Assembly (NCBI RefSeq): GCF_036321535.1
Contig: NC_087437.1
Coordinates: 69,380,001 to 69,444,000, forward strand
DNA length: 64,000 bases
Reading direction: 5' to 3'
Origin: Camelus dromedarius
Taxonomy: Eukaryota
The notes beneath the pieces were generated by a model. The model was not told where the DNA came from. It saw nothing but the letters and a program-made list of their open reading frames with translations, and searched no databases. Made by a program: the position numbers and the translations under genes. This document shows positions 24,216 to 37,150 of the stretch, piece after piece. The stretch's first letter is position 1; each line of letters begins with the position of its first letter.

Positions 24216-25729
24216 TTTAAATTTCCATTGAGCCCAGGAAAAACATTCTATCTTAGAAAAATAAACTCAGCCATCCTGTTCCAGCCTTAAGCAATGCTGC
24301 CAGGTAGCCCATATTGAAGCTAGGATGAGCACTGCTCATGGAAGGCCAGTGGTGCTTGGTTCTTGTGTTTTTCTCCACTGAAGGTACCCAAGGTAGGAAG
24401 GCATCTAATTTAATATGAGCCTCAGAAGGCATCTAGCAGCTTGCCCATTATCTAGCACCTTCTAAAAGAGTATTCTAGCTGTTAAGTTCTGTTTACAAAA
24501 TGTTATGATCTCAGTTATGCCACCCCCCCCCCCATAATAACAGAAAATATTACCTGCCTTGTAGCTTTCCACTGTCCATGACACATGTACTTTTCACGTA
24601 TCCCTCTGGTTTGGAAATATGAAGCCAGTGCAGTAAAAAGTCAATGAGCCAGTCCTGTTAATTTCCATTAAAATGCAGGTACACACTGTTTGTTTATCTC
24701 CCTCTGGGAACAAGCTGAGAAACTGTTAGTGTGGGGGAAAATAATAACAAAAAAAAAAGTCTTAAGTGTTGACTCCACAATTTCAGGGCTTGATAAGTCC
24801 TTCTGAGTGTAGCACTCCATCACTTTTCTCAGCAGGGTATAATTACTCATAACTTGAAGGTTTTATCTCTGGGCTGCCTCTAATATAAAGGGGGAAAAAG
24901 AAGGTAAATCTGCCAGTCACTGGAAGTATGGATGTTTAATTAGGTATCATATATAATTGTTTCAGTCTCTTGGGTGACAGTTGCATAGTCCTAGGAATCT
25001 GAGTTGGGGGTAGGGAGATCATCTAGCCGACTTACGAAGATTTATAAAGTAGAGATCTTTTAATGCATTTTGTGTGTGTGTGTGTGTATGCTTCTATGAT
25101 TGCACCTGAGGCTCATCCTGGTGTTTGGTTTTTTTAATCTCGCATTGCTTGATACTCATTGTCTCTAGGAGCCCTTCTCAGTATTTTAAACCATGAAATA
25201 ATTATTTTGTCCTCTGTTCAGTTTCTTTGTGTCCTCTCTCTTGTATTTAATATTTACATGCAGTGTATCTGATGTAACCTCATTGAACAAAAAATAGAGA
25301 AGGCAAACTGCGGTTCTGCATTGATAAAAAGGGGGTTGTCATGTCTCCTTCTAAAATATATAGGCCATTTAAAAACCTGTATCAAAATGCCTCTGAGGGC
25401 TTTTTCTATTTTTTCCTTCTACCATGGACCAAAACAGCTTTAGAAGTTTCCAGGCATTGTGGTTACAGAGCTGAGGCTCTGTGACTGTCCATCTCTGTTG
25501 GAGATTTTCTCTGGAACAGAGATGGTTCTGGAGGTCTGAGAAGTAGGCTTCTGCTCCGGATCTGTGGCGGTGCCCAGACAGCATGTTTCCTGAATGAGCC
25601 CCATACCAGGGAAACCCTGACTTACAGCGTTGGCCAGTTTCCATGGTTTAATACTCCCATTGTGGCCAATCAAGAGGCTCTGCTCAATCCACTCAGGATT
25701 TCTTCATAATCCTCAAACAGCCAACATCA

Positions 25730-26560
25730 TCCTCACCTCAGAAATGTGACTATTGTTCCTCCTTATACCAGGAAAATTCTCCCCTTGTACCAGCCCCTCA
25801 CTCTCTCTACTGTACTTCATTAGGCCTCCACTATAACGTCGTCTCCTCAAAGAAGACTTCACGGACCAGACAGCAATTTGGATCCACTTTTTCTTTTTTC
25901 TTTTTTCTTTTTTTTTTTCCTTAATTGAAGTATAGTCAGTTTACAATGTGTCAATTTCTGGTGTACAGCATAATGTTTCAGTCATACATATATTTACATA
26001 TATTTTTCATACTCCTTTTTATTAAAGGTTCCTACAAGATATTGAATATAGTTCCTTGTGCTATATAGAAAAACTTATTGTTTATCTATTTTATATATAG
26101 TAGTTAATATTTGCAAATCTCAAACTTCCAATTTATCCCTTGACACCCCCTTTCCCCCACCGGGTAGCCATAAGTTTTTTTTCTATGTCTGTGAGTCTGT
26201 TTCTATTTTGTAAATAAGTTCATTTGTGTTTTCTTTTTTTAGATTCCAGATATAAGCGATATCATATGGTATTTTTCTTTCTCTTTCTGGCCTACATCAC
26301 TTAGAATGATGATCTCCGGATCCATCCATGTTGCTGCAAATGACATTATTTTATTCTTTTTTGGATCCACTTTTTCTTCATAGCACTTATCATGACTTGA
26401 AACTATATGTGGATTTGTTTATTATTAGTTTCTTCCACCAGAAGATAAACTAGGAAATTAGTTGGTTTTCTTCATTATTTACCTCCAGTACCTAGAATAA
26501 AGCTGGCATGTAGTAAATTTTCAGAAATGACTATTGAATTAATAAATAAAATATATGATT
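25730..26560 (+). mobile_element. L2 3' region split by a young L1
   Basis: 'ctcctcaaagaagacttc' on the left. 'ttcatagcacttatca...ctccagtacctagaa...ctggcatgtagtaaa...ttgaattaata' on the right. Confidence 0.7.
25896..26360 (-). mobile_element. Young 5'-truncated L1 (camelid-type 3' UTR) with ~18-bp TSD
   Basis: T-rich tail followed by L1 3' UTR ('tccatccatgttgctgcaaatgacattattttattc'). TTGGATCCACTTTTTCTT is duplicated at 25878-25895 and 26361-26378. Confidence 0.92.
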
Positions 26561-29500
26561 AATCAGTCAGTAGATAAAGACTGCAAACACTGTGTTCAAT
26601 TCTGTAATATTTTTGGCTTTAAATATAATAGGAACTGTCCATTCAACTGTCTTCCCCATTCTGCTTTCATCTTTTTATCATAGTCTCTGTTGAGTATATG
26701 CGAGTTTTGTCTGTTAGACTAGGAGCCTCTTGGAGGGAGGGTGCTATTTCTCATTTACTTTTGAATTCCCCATGCCTGGAATAGAGTAGAAACTCAATAA
26801 ATAGATCAGACCGAGAGCATGAACTCAGCATATTTTCTATTTTTTAAAATTTTCTGTCTGTTAGGGAGGGTTAGTAAGAAATTTGTAGGTTAGAGTAAAA
26901 GGGTCCTTGTGCATCTATCAAGGCAAGCAAGAATTTGAGATTGAAAAGAGACTGTATTTTACTCCACAGACAGACTGGAGGGGGCCTAGAAAGTCATGGG
27001 ATGGAGTGAATTTTGTCAGCTGCCAGTGAGAAACAGCTAAAATCCATAAGGATGAACAGATTAATGGCTCCCGTGGGAGCCCCAGGAAACATGCAGATGT
27101 CAAGCATTCCTAAATATGTTCTAGGGTGTCATATTAGACCTCTAATCAATTGAACCTCCTATGATAATCACAGAGTTAACTATTCCTGGGGAATCTGACA
27201 GGAGATCCTACTGAGGCAATAGATGTTCCACATCTGCTTTCCTTGTACATAGCTGGGTAATTAATGAGGCAAACGTGTCCCCTAATAAGTGTCCAAGGCA
27301 AGGAGAGCATTTATAGATGTGAGGGTATGATGTTTGACTTCAACAAGGAACTCCAACACAGCGAGGCTCTTGTTTTTATGTCTTAGGATGATTTGCATAG
27401 AAAAATGTGTGCAAAGGTAAGAGTGTGACTTCTGTAACTATACAAGAAAAAGTCCTGGTGTGATGTACCTTTGGTGTGTGTGTGGAGGGACTAAAGGGAA
27501 GCTGTGTACTGGGGAAAGAAAGATGCTGAATGAGTCAGAGGGAAGTTTCGTAACTCAGTAACTTACAGTGTAATAACTCTGGAGGAAGATTTCCTCGCAA
27601 GAGGGACGGGAATAGGAGGAATACAAAACTTTCATTTTCTGCTGAGTCCTTGATACTTTGAAAAATGCACTGTTGACATTTTGAAACAATAGACAATAAC
27701 TGAGCAAGAAGAGTGGGGGTAGGCACCAGGCAAAGAAGGAAGGAAAGGCTGCCTTCCCCACCTCCTGGTTTTTAAAGAAAATTTGTACCGAAAAATACTT
27801 TTAAAGTTCTGAAATCTAATCTCTCCATTTTACTTCATCTTTCTTAGCCAAGATTTCTATCTGTAAGGTGCTCAGAGCTTCAGAGATGAATACTGGCAGT
27901 TAGGGCTTGAATCCAGGAGGTTTTGGGTTTCCCCTAAGCCAGTTCACTTTTTCACTGTACTTCACCAGGATGTCCAGCTAAACCAGCATGGTACTGCCTA
28001 CATACCAAGTGCAATACAGAGAAAGTGGGAAATGGCCCAAGGAGTTGATGTAGATCTAGAAGGTAGCAGGGTTGAAGACATTTAGAACTATGAGAAATCA
28101 GAGGTCAGGGTAAGGGCATGCTAACCCCCTCACACTCCATTGTGGCTTTTATTGTCCCAGGGGACATTGTTAGTTACAAACATCCTTTCACCCAAAGTTG
28201 CCCTTCTTCCCCCACCCCAGCAATACTTTCATGGATGATAGAATCTTCCTGCTGTGCTAACCCAGCTCTGTTCAAAGCCACAGCCTTGAATATGCTCAGA
28301 GGCATATCCAGCTGATGCAAACCCTGCTGGCCAAACAGTTTTTCCAGACGGAGGAAGTCAAATACTGAGGAAGAGCAGGCAGGAATAGAGATGGTAACTG
28401 CGGTCTTCTGCCAGTAAAGAGAGAGAGAATACTGCATGAGAAGCGAGAATGTGGAGAAATGGATTGCAGTCTTATAATTTCATTGGACTAACTGTGAGTC
28501 CTTGAAGCTCGATTACCTCTTTATAAAATGAGGGGATTTGTCATGATATCCTAATGGTGCCGACGGGATGTAATTAAGTCTATTCAAGAGATAATCCTTA
28601 TCTTGATTAGGTAAATAGGACTTGATTAATTCCACTCTGATTAACCACCACCTCTCAATATCTCCTAGAAGCATTTACCCGTTCTCCCAAGCAGTTCACC
28701 ATTTTCTCCCCTCAGAAATGAGAAATGCCCCAGTATCCCTCACGATAGAGATCAAGCCAAGACCCAAATGCTCTAAAACATAAAACACTTCTACAGATGG
28801 TTGTGGTTTGCCTTGCAAGTGGGATGGCATTGGTGGGGACAGGATGATGAGGGGAAAAGGGAGGGGGAAGTATAAAGGAGAGGTTCCTTTAAAACATCAA
28901 AAAGACTTTATAGATCTTTTCTGCCCTTTCATAAAGACTTCAGCTGGCAGCCAGATTGCCTTAATGGTCTGCTAGAAAGGCCCACCCTGGCCTGACATAG
29001 CCAGACACACATTCTCCAGCTTTGCTTTGCTTCTTTGATGCTGTCACATGTTCTTCATTTTCTACGTTTCATTCATTCTTTGCCTTTAAGCTATAAGGAT
29101 AAAAGTTCCTGGCATTAAAAAAAATCAGCTTACATTTTTTAAAGGGGTAGACATTTCGTGCAGTCTTTGATTTCCTTCTGGGAGAAAATCATTACTTTTC
29201 TTTAAAGGAGAAACTAGAGAGATTTTTCTGCTTCCTTTTCCCCTTTCTCACCCTTCACCACAACTCTTCCATTTTCAGGCGCTAAGAAATAAGATTTGGG
29301 TGTAGTGCAAGAGTGGGCTAGAGAAATGATTGTTCCTAGAAAGGAGTAATGCCGCTACAGTGAATCAGAAAGTTCGAACATTCATTTACTGCTAAGCAAT
29401 GACAAAAGATAATTAGACTGTTTTAAAGCCCTGCCCTATGTTCAACATCTGTTAAACACTGGTTGAGATAGCTGTTTTTAAAACCAGGGGGTGCTGAGGA

Positions 29501-29699
29501 GGAAAGATAACCAATAATGTATGATGCTTATAGTCTTTGGAATCTGTAAGGTCACAGAGAGAGGTCTGAAGAATCGTGTATGAAGGAAGGTAAACAGAAA
29601 CAGAGTAGAAACCCTCTATAGTACAAAGGAAACAGCAATACAAGAGAATCCCTGTGCTTGAAAATACTCAAATAATAAAATATGACACACACTCTAGGT

Positions 29700-30590
29700 T
29701 TTCTCTCCAAAATAATAAGCGTGACTTTAAAATATGGAGGGACACAGAGAATCTATAAAAGAAGGATGAGTAACAATGCTAAGGGATAAGAGTTGGCCAG
29801 ATATGGAGTGTCTAAATACACACATTGGGGAAAAATAGGAAATGATAAGATAGGATAAAGGACTACTTCTACAACAGGTGTTTAGAACTCACATGGAAAA
29901 GAAATGTCTGGAGATGATCCTTAGATTTGTATAAGAACTGATGCTGGAGATATATGTGTAATGTATGAAAACAAAACAGAACAAACACACACACACTTCT
30001 AAAGGAAGAGGAGAAAAACAAAGAAATCTCTCACCCAGATATTAAAACTCTAGGAGAGGAAACTGCCAAAATCCAGGAATTGAAAAAAAAATTAAATAGA
30101 AGATCTGCAAAGTTAGATAAACTACAAGAAACCCAAAAATATTTAAAATACCTCATTGGAAATTCAGGATAGATGGTTTTTGAGGATCAAAAGACCAAGA
30201 GCTGGTGAAGGGAAAAAAAAACTGTCTGAATAACGAGCCAAGTGAAAGAGTGTTTTGTTAGAAGGAAAGACAACAACAACAGCAAAACACCTTTGGAAGG
30301 GAGAAAAACAATTAGAAGAACTAGACAATCAACAAACTAGAGCAAGCACCAAACGTTCAGGAAATCAACGTTAGGAGGATCCCATGAGAGATACTCAAAA
30401 TATAATAGTAAAAATGTCTCTCAGTCAGATGGCCTAGTCCTTGTTAGACACCTGCCTGGGGCTCAACTAGACCTATACTCCAAGACACAGACTTTTTTAG
30501 GGAACCTGAAGTATCATTTGAAGGTCAGTGTAAGAATAGTGGAATTAGGAGGAAAAAAACAGGAAGATCAGAAAAGCTGATTGAAATATT
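29700..30590 (+). mobile_element. Possible very old L1/HAL1 ORF1-region remnant
   Basis: Strongly A-rich on the + strand. 'agacctatactccaagacaca' resembles the ORF1 RPTPRH motif. No continuous frame. Confidence 0.35.
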
Positions 30591-31169
30591 GGTTTCCTTT
30601 ATTCATAAAACAGGTCAATAAATCTCTGAGCAGCACTAGTGTTCCATTTAGAGTAATAAATAAAATAACGACAACATCACTGGCTATCTTACTTCCATAT
30701 TGGTCTTACTGGTGCCATGAAAATGAAAAGACTCAACTGTTTAAAAATCCTCCTTTGTTGGGGGAAAGGTAGTACAGCTTCTACAAATGGAAATAATTTA
30801 TAGCAAAACCACTAGGATTTCTCTAACTTACCACATAAAAAATCTTTGAAAATTCATACTGGAAAAATATTTTGTCCCTTTGATATGGACCAGGATCCTA
30901 CTTGAAAATAGGGAATGAAACATAAAGATAACATAAAAAATTGGCTCAATACAAATTTATACACATTATACTTTTTGTGAAAAATCCAAAAGAGGGAATA
31001 ATTAGTAAATTCTCCCAAATAGTGAGTGCCAGCCTTTCCAGGGCTGTGAAATGCCACCTCAAAGGGAATAAACTGAAAGAAGCTCTCAAGAGAAGCTGTG
31101 ATTGGTCAGTGAAGGGACAGGTGAGACCCCATATAGGCAAGTGTGAGGGGTCAACAAAAGTATAACAGG

Positions 31170-31680
31170 GCATCTGGAAGCCATTATATGGTATTTTCTA
31201 CTGATACTGTCTGAATTTGATTTCAGTAAAATGATCCAAATTTGGGTGACATCAGATGGGAATTCAAAACTAAACACAACATAACACTGCTGTTGTTCAG
31301 CTGAACTGCACGTGACAAAGTAGAGCCACAGAAAGTGGAGAGTAAATAATTTAAAGGACCAAAGGGATGGGATCCCACCCTGGAAAGAGTGGGACTCAGA
31401 GGAGAGCTTATCGGATCAAACCATGAAAGTGCTTAGTGAGGACACCATTTGTTAATACAGCATGATATTCTGGCATTATGGGACATTCCCAGAAAACTGA
31501 GAAAGGTTATTTGGGCGACAAATGAAAAGATGCTCCACCTTGGTAGAATTTTAAATTCGTAGAACTTTTCAGTCTAGAAGTGGTAGATCCTAAACAAGTG
31601 CATAGTATAAAAAGGATATTTATGTATTCAAGAATGATAGTTCCAAATGGATTTTAGGGGGAAGAGGAAAATTTAAATGT
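31170..31680 (+). mobile_element. CR1/L3-like fossil
   Basis: 'atccaaatttggg', 'ggactcagaggagagcttatc', 'ggacattcccagaaaactgagaaagg...acaaatgaaaag' and 'ctagaagtggta' occur in the order expected for the CR1 ORF2 C-terminus. Confidence 0.55.
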
Positions 31681-32499
31681 TCAGACTTTACTGTGAGGTT
31701 GTAAACCATGCCTTCTCACATTCTATTCTTCGGCACCTCTGTCACCTGAAAAATATTTTCTACTGGCACAGGATTTCACTTTCGTTGTTGCGGGGCTTGA
31801 ATTGGCAAAGGTATAGGGGAAACTTATGAAGAGGTCAGATCACCAACACTATGAAGCTTCAAATACACATTTTGTGAAAGTGATAAGGACTCATTAACAA
31901 GTAAGAATATTTTATGTTCTTCTTCCTGTCCTATGGCAGCCCCTTCTTCAATCTCCAGCCTTTAATTTATGCTATAAATTACTAAATTAGACAATAATAT
32001 TGGACACCTCCCTAGCTTTTTAGTGGCAAGGTGGTGGTGGTGTTTCAGGGAATGTGGAAGGCTAACAGAAAAAGAGCTTGGGAACCAAAATTATTTAGCT
32101 TAGCTTTGCAAGAAATATGTAGTCCATACCCCCTCCCTCTTTCTTACACACACATGCACACACATTCCCACCCCATCCTTTACTTCTCCCCTCTTGTCTA
32201 ACATACAGATCTATATTTTCAAATGTTTCCGAATACCACACATTTACATCTACGTGGATGCCCCAGCAGGTACCTGCAACAGGTTCTTCAAACCTCCCAC
32301 CAAAAAAGAAACTGTCACCCCAAATTTCATATTTCAAAGGTACCTCCAAATCCCAGTTATCCCAGCTCTAAACATCTGCTCTATTTTTGGCATCTCCTTT
32401 TTCCTATTTCCCCATACCCAATTTAGTTACCTGGTCATATTGATACTATCATCTTGACACCACCCTTTACTTCTCTTTTCCTCTGTCCCTCTAAGATTT

Positions 32500-32730
32500 A
32501 GTATAATGTGGTGATCAACACTGCAAGCTCTAGAGTTGACTGGTTGCATATCCTTGGCTTTTATATCCCTGTCTTTCTACTAACTGCATCTATGATCGTG
32601 GACAAGTTGCCTCACTGTGCTTCAGTTTTCTCATCTGTGAACTAGACATATAGTAAACCATACCACAGGATTGTGTTCAAGTTTAAATTAGTTGGCACAT
32701 GCAATGCTCAATAAATTCAGTTGTAATTAT
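32500..32730 (+). mobile_element. MIR SINE within L2-like flanks (~32300-33160)
   Basis: 'tgatcgtggacaagttgcctcactgtgcttcagttttctcatctgtgaa...cacaggattgtg'. Confidence 0.75.
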
Positions 32731-33234
32731 AGAAATGTTAATGATGGTGAAGATGTTGATTTCAGAGCCTTCTCATCTTTCACAGTCTTCTAATGGGTCC
32801 CCCAGATTCCACAGTCTATTCTCTCACGTTTAGCCTTCATGCTTCTTTCAGAGTTGGCATCCTACAGGCATATCTGATGTTTTCCCTCCTGCTCAAAGCC
32901 TTATGGCTTACAAAATGGCTCTTATTCCTATTAATACCGTATTTAAGGTCCTCTTCTATTAGGATCCCATCAACCCAGTATCCTATACTATACTTTCTTT
33001 CTGCTTACATGTCCATTTCCTTTCCCATCCCAGTGACCTACTTATTCTTTCCCAAATGTGTCCTAGATTTTGATATCCCTTTTTCTCTTTTCTGTTGTTA
33101 TTATCAGGGATACTTTTCCATCTAATCTTTGTCTATTATAATTCTTTTCAGATCTTCTGGTCAGAAATATTGTCCATTCACTAAAATCTAAAGATTGTCC
33201 CAATATTAATACTGAAATCTGCAACTATCATTTA

Positions 33235-33432
33235 TTAATTGAATGCTAACAGTGTACCAGGAACTCTATCTTATAAAGTAATAACTATCATTAACACAAT
33301 TTTAGAGATAAGGGAACATATGCTCTATAGTGCAGAGTAACTTGTTCAAAATCACTCAACCAGAAAGTTGGGGAGACTCAGTTTTATGTGAGTCCAGAGC
33401 CCACATATGCCCTCACTAACACATTACACTGC
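33235..33432 (-). mobile_element. MIR SINE
   Basis: 'caattttagagataagggaac...agagtaacttgttcaaaatcactcaac...gagtccagagccca'. Confidence 0.7.
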
Positions 33433-34401
33433 CCTGACCCCTGTGCATGTATTAATTTCCCATTCAAAACTCTTCTCTATTACCCTAAATTAAAATCTTC
33501 CCAAGGTCAGTGTCTTACCTGTACCTGTGTTGTAACACTCCATGTTGTGCCTTCTGCACAAGAAGCATGTGATCATGATGAAGTGAATTGACTTTCCCTG
33601 GTCAAGTCAAAAGTGGGCATGGCCATGCTGGAAGTGTAGGAAGCAACTATATTGTGTTTTTTCAGTCTTAAACTCAGGGGCCTCCTTAAAGAGGGAATCT
33701 ACTTATGAGTTTACTTTTACCCCCACTGACTCAATCATTCTTAGCCTAGAAGTCACATATACATAGTCCCCAACTTCAAAATAATCAAAATTAATAGCAC
33801 ACATTTACCTTAGTCTAAAGTCCAGTTCTGGAGTCAAATGTGGAAACTCAAGGGAGATACTGATCAAAAGAAGTGTTATATTTTATATGCTTATAAACAT
33901 TCAGAGACCAACAATTATATTTATGATTGATAGTACCTATGGACCCTACCCCATCCTGTGTTGTCTATTTATAGATCTCTCTCAGCAAATCCGCAAAAGT
34001 CATCGTGATAGTAAGGGCTGAGCCTTTCCTCTTTGTATTACCAATGTAGAGCACAGTGCCTGGTATATAAGAAAAACTCAAGGAATATATTTTATGGTTT
34101 ATAATTAGAATATGTAAAAATACACACTGCCAGGCTCAATGCCCTCTCCCAGAACTCTAATATGGGGGCTCAGACATCTCTATTAGCAAACAAACAAATA
34201 ACAACAACAAAACCCCAGGTGACACTTCAGTGCCTTTTATCCTCATTCTGTTTAAAATTGAGATCAGGCAAGATATGCTTCAGGTGATTTCCTTGTTTTC
34301 TCTAACTTTTCTCCTACTTCTTCACGCACACAAACACACCTATGCTGAAGAATCCGGTGCCATCCCTAGGCATTTCCATAGCATTTTGTCATAGCACTTA
34401 A

Positions 34402-34698
34402 TTTTTTATTTTATTTAATTTTATATATTTATTTATTGAAGTACAGTCAGTTACAGTGTGTCAATTTCTAGTGTACAGCAGAATGTCCCAGTCATGCATA
34501 TACATACATATATTTGTTTTCATGTTCTTTTTCATTTAAGGTTATTATAAAATATTGAATATAGTTCCCTGTGCTATACAGAAGAAACTTGTTTTTATCT
34601 ATTTTTATATATAGTGGCTAACATTTTCAAATCTCAAACTTCCAAATCTATCCCTTCCGACCCCCTTTCCCCCGGTAACCATAAGATTGTTTACTATG
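34402..34698 (-). mobile_element. Young 5'-truncated L1 (camelid-type) with 15-bp TSD
   Basis: 'ttgaagtacagtcagttacagtgtgtcaatttc...' is homologous to 25925-26190. TGTCATAGCACTTAA is duplicated at 34387-34401 and 34699-34713. Confidence 0.92.
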
Positions 34699-34749
34699 TG
34701 TCATAGCACTTAAGATACTTTACTCGAATTGCTTGTTTTCACTGGTGTC

Positions 34750-34831
34750 CTCTTTTTTCTTTTCTTTTTTTTTTTTTTGATTACACATATAAGTGATATC
34801 ATATGGTATTTTTCTTTCTCCTTCTGACTTA
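34750..34831 (-). mobile_element. Second, internal fragment of the same L1 3' UTR family
   Basis: T-run followed by 'gattacacatataagtgatatcatatggtatttttctttctc', matching 26242-26292. Confidence 0.8.
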
Positions 34832-35199
34832 TATGAAGTCTTTTAAATAGAATGTTTTAATGAACAAATAAATGAGGCAATTAATTCCTAGAAGGTGGTA
34901 TCTCTTTTCCTGCAGAAAATACATTTTATGAAAAGAACTTAAGGAATAACTGAAGTATAACTCATGGCACTGGTGTTTGACTACATCACTGGCTACAGAG
35001 GTTTCATTGAATGTTCTTGGAGTTGACTAGTATCTACCAGGTTGTTTCCATGGGAAGAATAAATTTCAAATAAAACACATTTGGGTCCTACCTATGCAGA
35101 GCAGGATGGCAATTCTCACTGAAGCTGAAACACATGGTCTACTCATTTTTAATAAAATTTATAACTTATATCTCATTTTTTCCCATGACTATTCCACAA

Positions 35200-35340
35200 C
35201 AATGGTTCCTAAATACAATCATTGCATAGACTAAAACACAGACACCTGGGGGAACTTTACACAAATATAGATCCCTAGGTCCCACACAAGGAGACTTTCC
35301 TTTGGGAAGTCTGTGGTAGGATCTGTAAATCTAAGTGTTT
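35200..35340. mobile_element. MER5-like hAT MITE fragment
   Basis: 'caatggttcctaaa...cacctgggggaacttt...aaatatagatccctaggtccca'. Confidence 0.55.
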
Positions 35341-37150
35341 TTTCTTTCCAGTTTTATTGAGATACAATTGACTTACAGCACTGTATAAGCTGTAAGGTAT
35401 ACAGCATAATTATTTGACTTACATACAACATGAAATGATTACTACAATGATCGTAGTAAGCATCCATCACCTTATATAGATAGAAAATAAAAGAAAAAAA
35501 TTTAAAAATATTTTCCTTTGTGATGAAAACTCTTAGGATTTACTCTTTTAACAACTTTGGTATGTAATATGCAGCAGTGTTAATTATACTAATCATGTTG
35601 TGCAATACATTCTTTTATGTACCTTATAACTGGAAGTTTGTACCTGTTGACTACCTTCATCCAATTCTTCCTCATCCCACTCCCTGGCTCTGGTACCACA
35701 AATCTGATCTTTTTTTCCTTTGAGTTTGTTTGTTGTTTGTAGCATAATTGACCTACAATACTATGTTGGTTCCTGGCACACAACATAGTGATTTGATATT
35801 TCTATACACTACAAAATGATCATCACGGTAAGTCTAGTTACCATCTGTCACCGTACTGCATACAGACATATTGCATTATTGTTGACTACATTCCCCATGC
35901 TTTACATTTCATCCTCGTGACTCATTGAAGTTTTTCCTCTTAGTTTTCCTCATCTATTTTGCTTATTACCCCATCCTCCTCCCTTCTGGCAACTATCTGT
36001 TCTCTGCATCTATGACTAATTTTCTGTTTTGTGTTGTTTGCTCATTTGTTGTTATTTTTTTAATATTCTACAGATAAGTGAAATCATACAGTATTAGTCT
36101 TTGTCTGTCTGATTTATTTCACTTAACATAATGCCCTCCAAGTCTATGCATGTTGCTGCAAATAGCAACATTTCATTATTTTTTGGTTGAGTAATATTAC
36201 ATTGTATATACATATATATGTATATACATACCACATCTTCTTTATCTATTCATCTATCCATGAGCACTGAGGTTGCTTCTATATCATGGCTCTAGTGAAT
36301 AATGCTGCAGTGAATGCAAGGGTGCATATATCTCTTTGAATTGGTTTTTGTTTGATTTGTGTCTTTGTTTTCTTTGGAAAAATACCCAGAAGTGCAATTG
36401 ATAGATCGTATGGGAGTTCTATTTTTAATTTTTTGAGGAACCTCTATACTGTTTTTAATAGTGGCTGCACCAGTTTACTTTCCCACCTACAGTGCCTGAG
36501 GGTTCTCTTTTCTCCACATCCTCACCAACACTTGTTATTTGTTATCTTTCTACGGACAGCCATTCTGGCAGGTGTGAAGTGGTATTTCACTGCGGTGTTG
36601 GTTGGCATGACCCTGATGACGAGTGATACTGAGTATCTGTTGGCCATCTGTATGTCTTTTTTTTGGAAAAATGTCTATTCAGGTCCTCTGCACATTTTTA
36701 TATTGGGTTGTTTGTTTGTTTTTGATATTGAGTTGTGTGAGTTCTTTGTGCATTTTGAATATCAACCCCTTATCAGGCATATTGTTTCCAAATATCTTCT
36801 CCCATTCAGTAGGAGGTGTTTTCCTTTTGTTGATAGTTTTCCTTTGCTGTGCAAAAGCTCTTTAGTTTTATATAGTCCCATTTGTTTATTTTTGCTTTTG
36901 TTTCCCTTGCCTGTGGAGACATAGCCAAAAAAATAATGCTAAGACCAATGTCAAAGTGTGTATTGCATATGTTTTCTTCTAGAAGTTTTATAGTTTCAAG
37001 TCTTTCATTTAAGTCTTTAATCAATTTGACATTTTTTTAATATGGTGTGCGTAAGTCTAGTTTGATTCTTTTGCATACACCTGTGTGGTTTTCCCAACAT
37101 CATTTATTGAAGAGGCCATCTTTCCCCTGTTCTATATTCTTACCTTCTTA
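35341..37150 (-). mobile_element. L1 (L1MA9-lineage/laurasiatherian type), ORF2 C-terminus plus 3' UTR, 5'-truncated
   Basis: ORF 36806-37024(-) IKDLNERLETIKLLEENI...KAKINKWDYIKLKSFCTAKE is a clear L1 ORF2 C-terminal segment. Antisense ORFs 36352-36924 are its complement. The frame is disrupted. Confidence 0.95.

Noticed and set aside
29225..29300. Strong + strand splice acceptor as a coding exon start (similar sites at ~22795 and ~59173)
   Set aside because: Stops follow quickly in all frames at 29279 and no strong paired donor was found for any of these sites.
36352..36924. Longest ORF (190 aa, +) as a protein-coding gene
   Set aside because: It is the antisense reading of L1 ORF2; the sense frame is fragmented.
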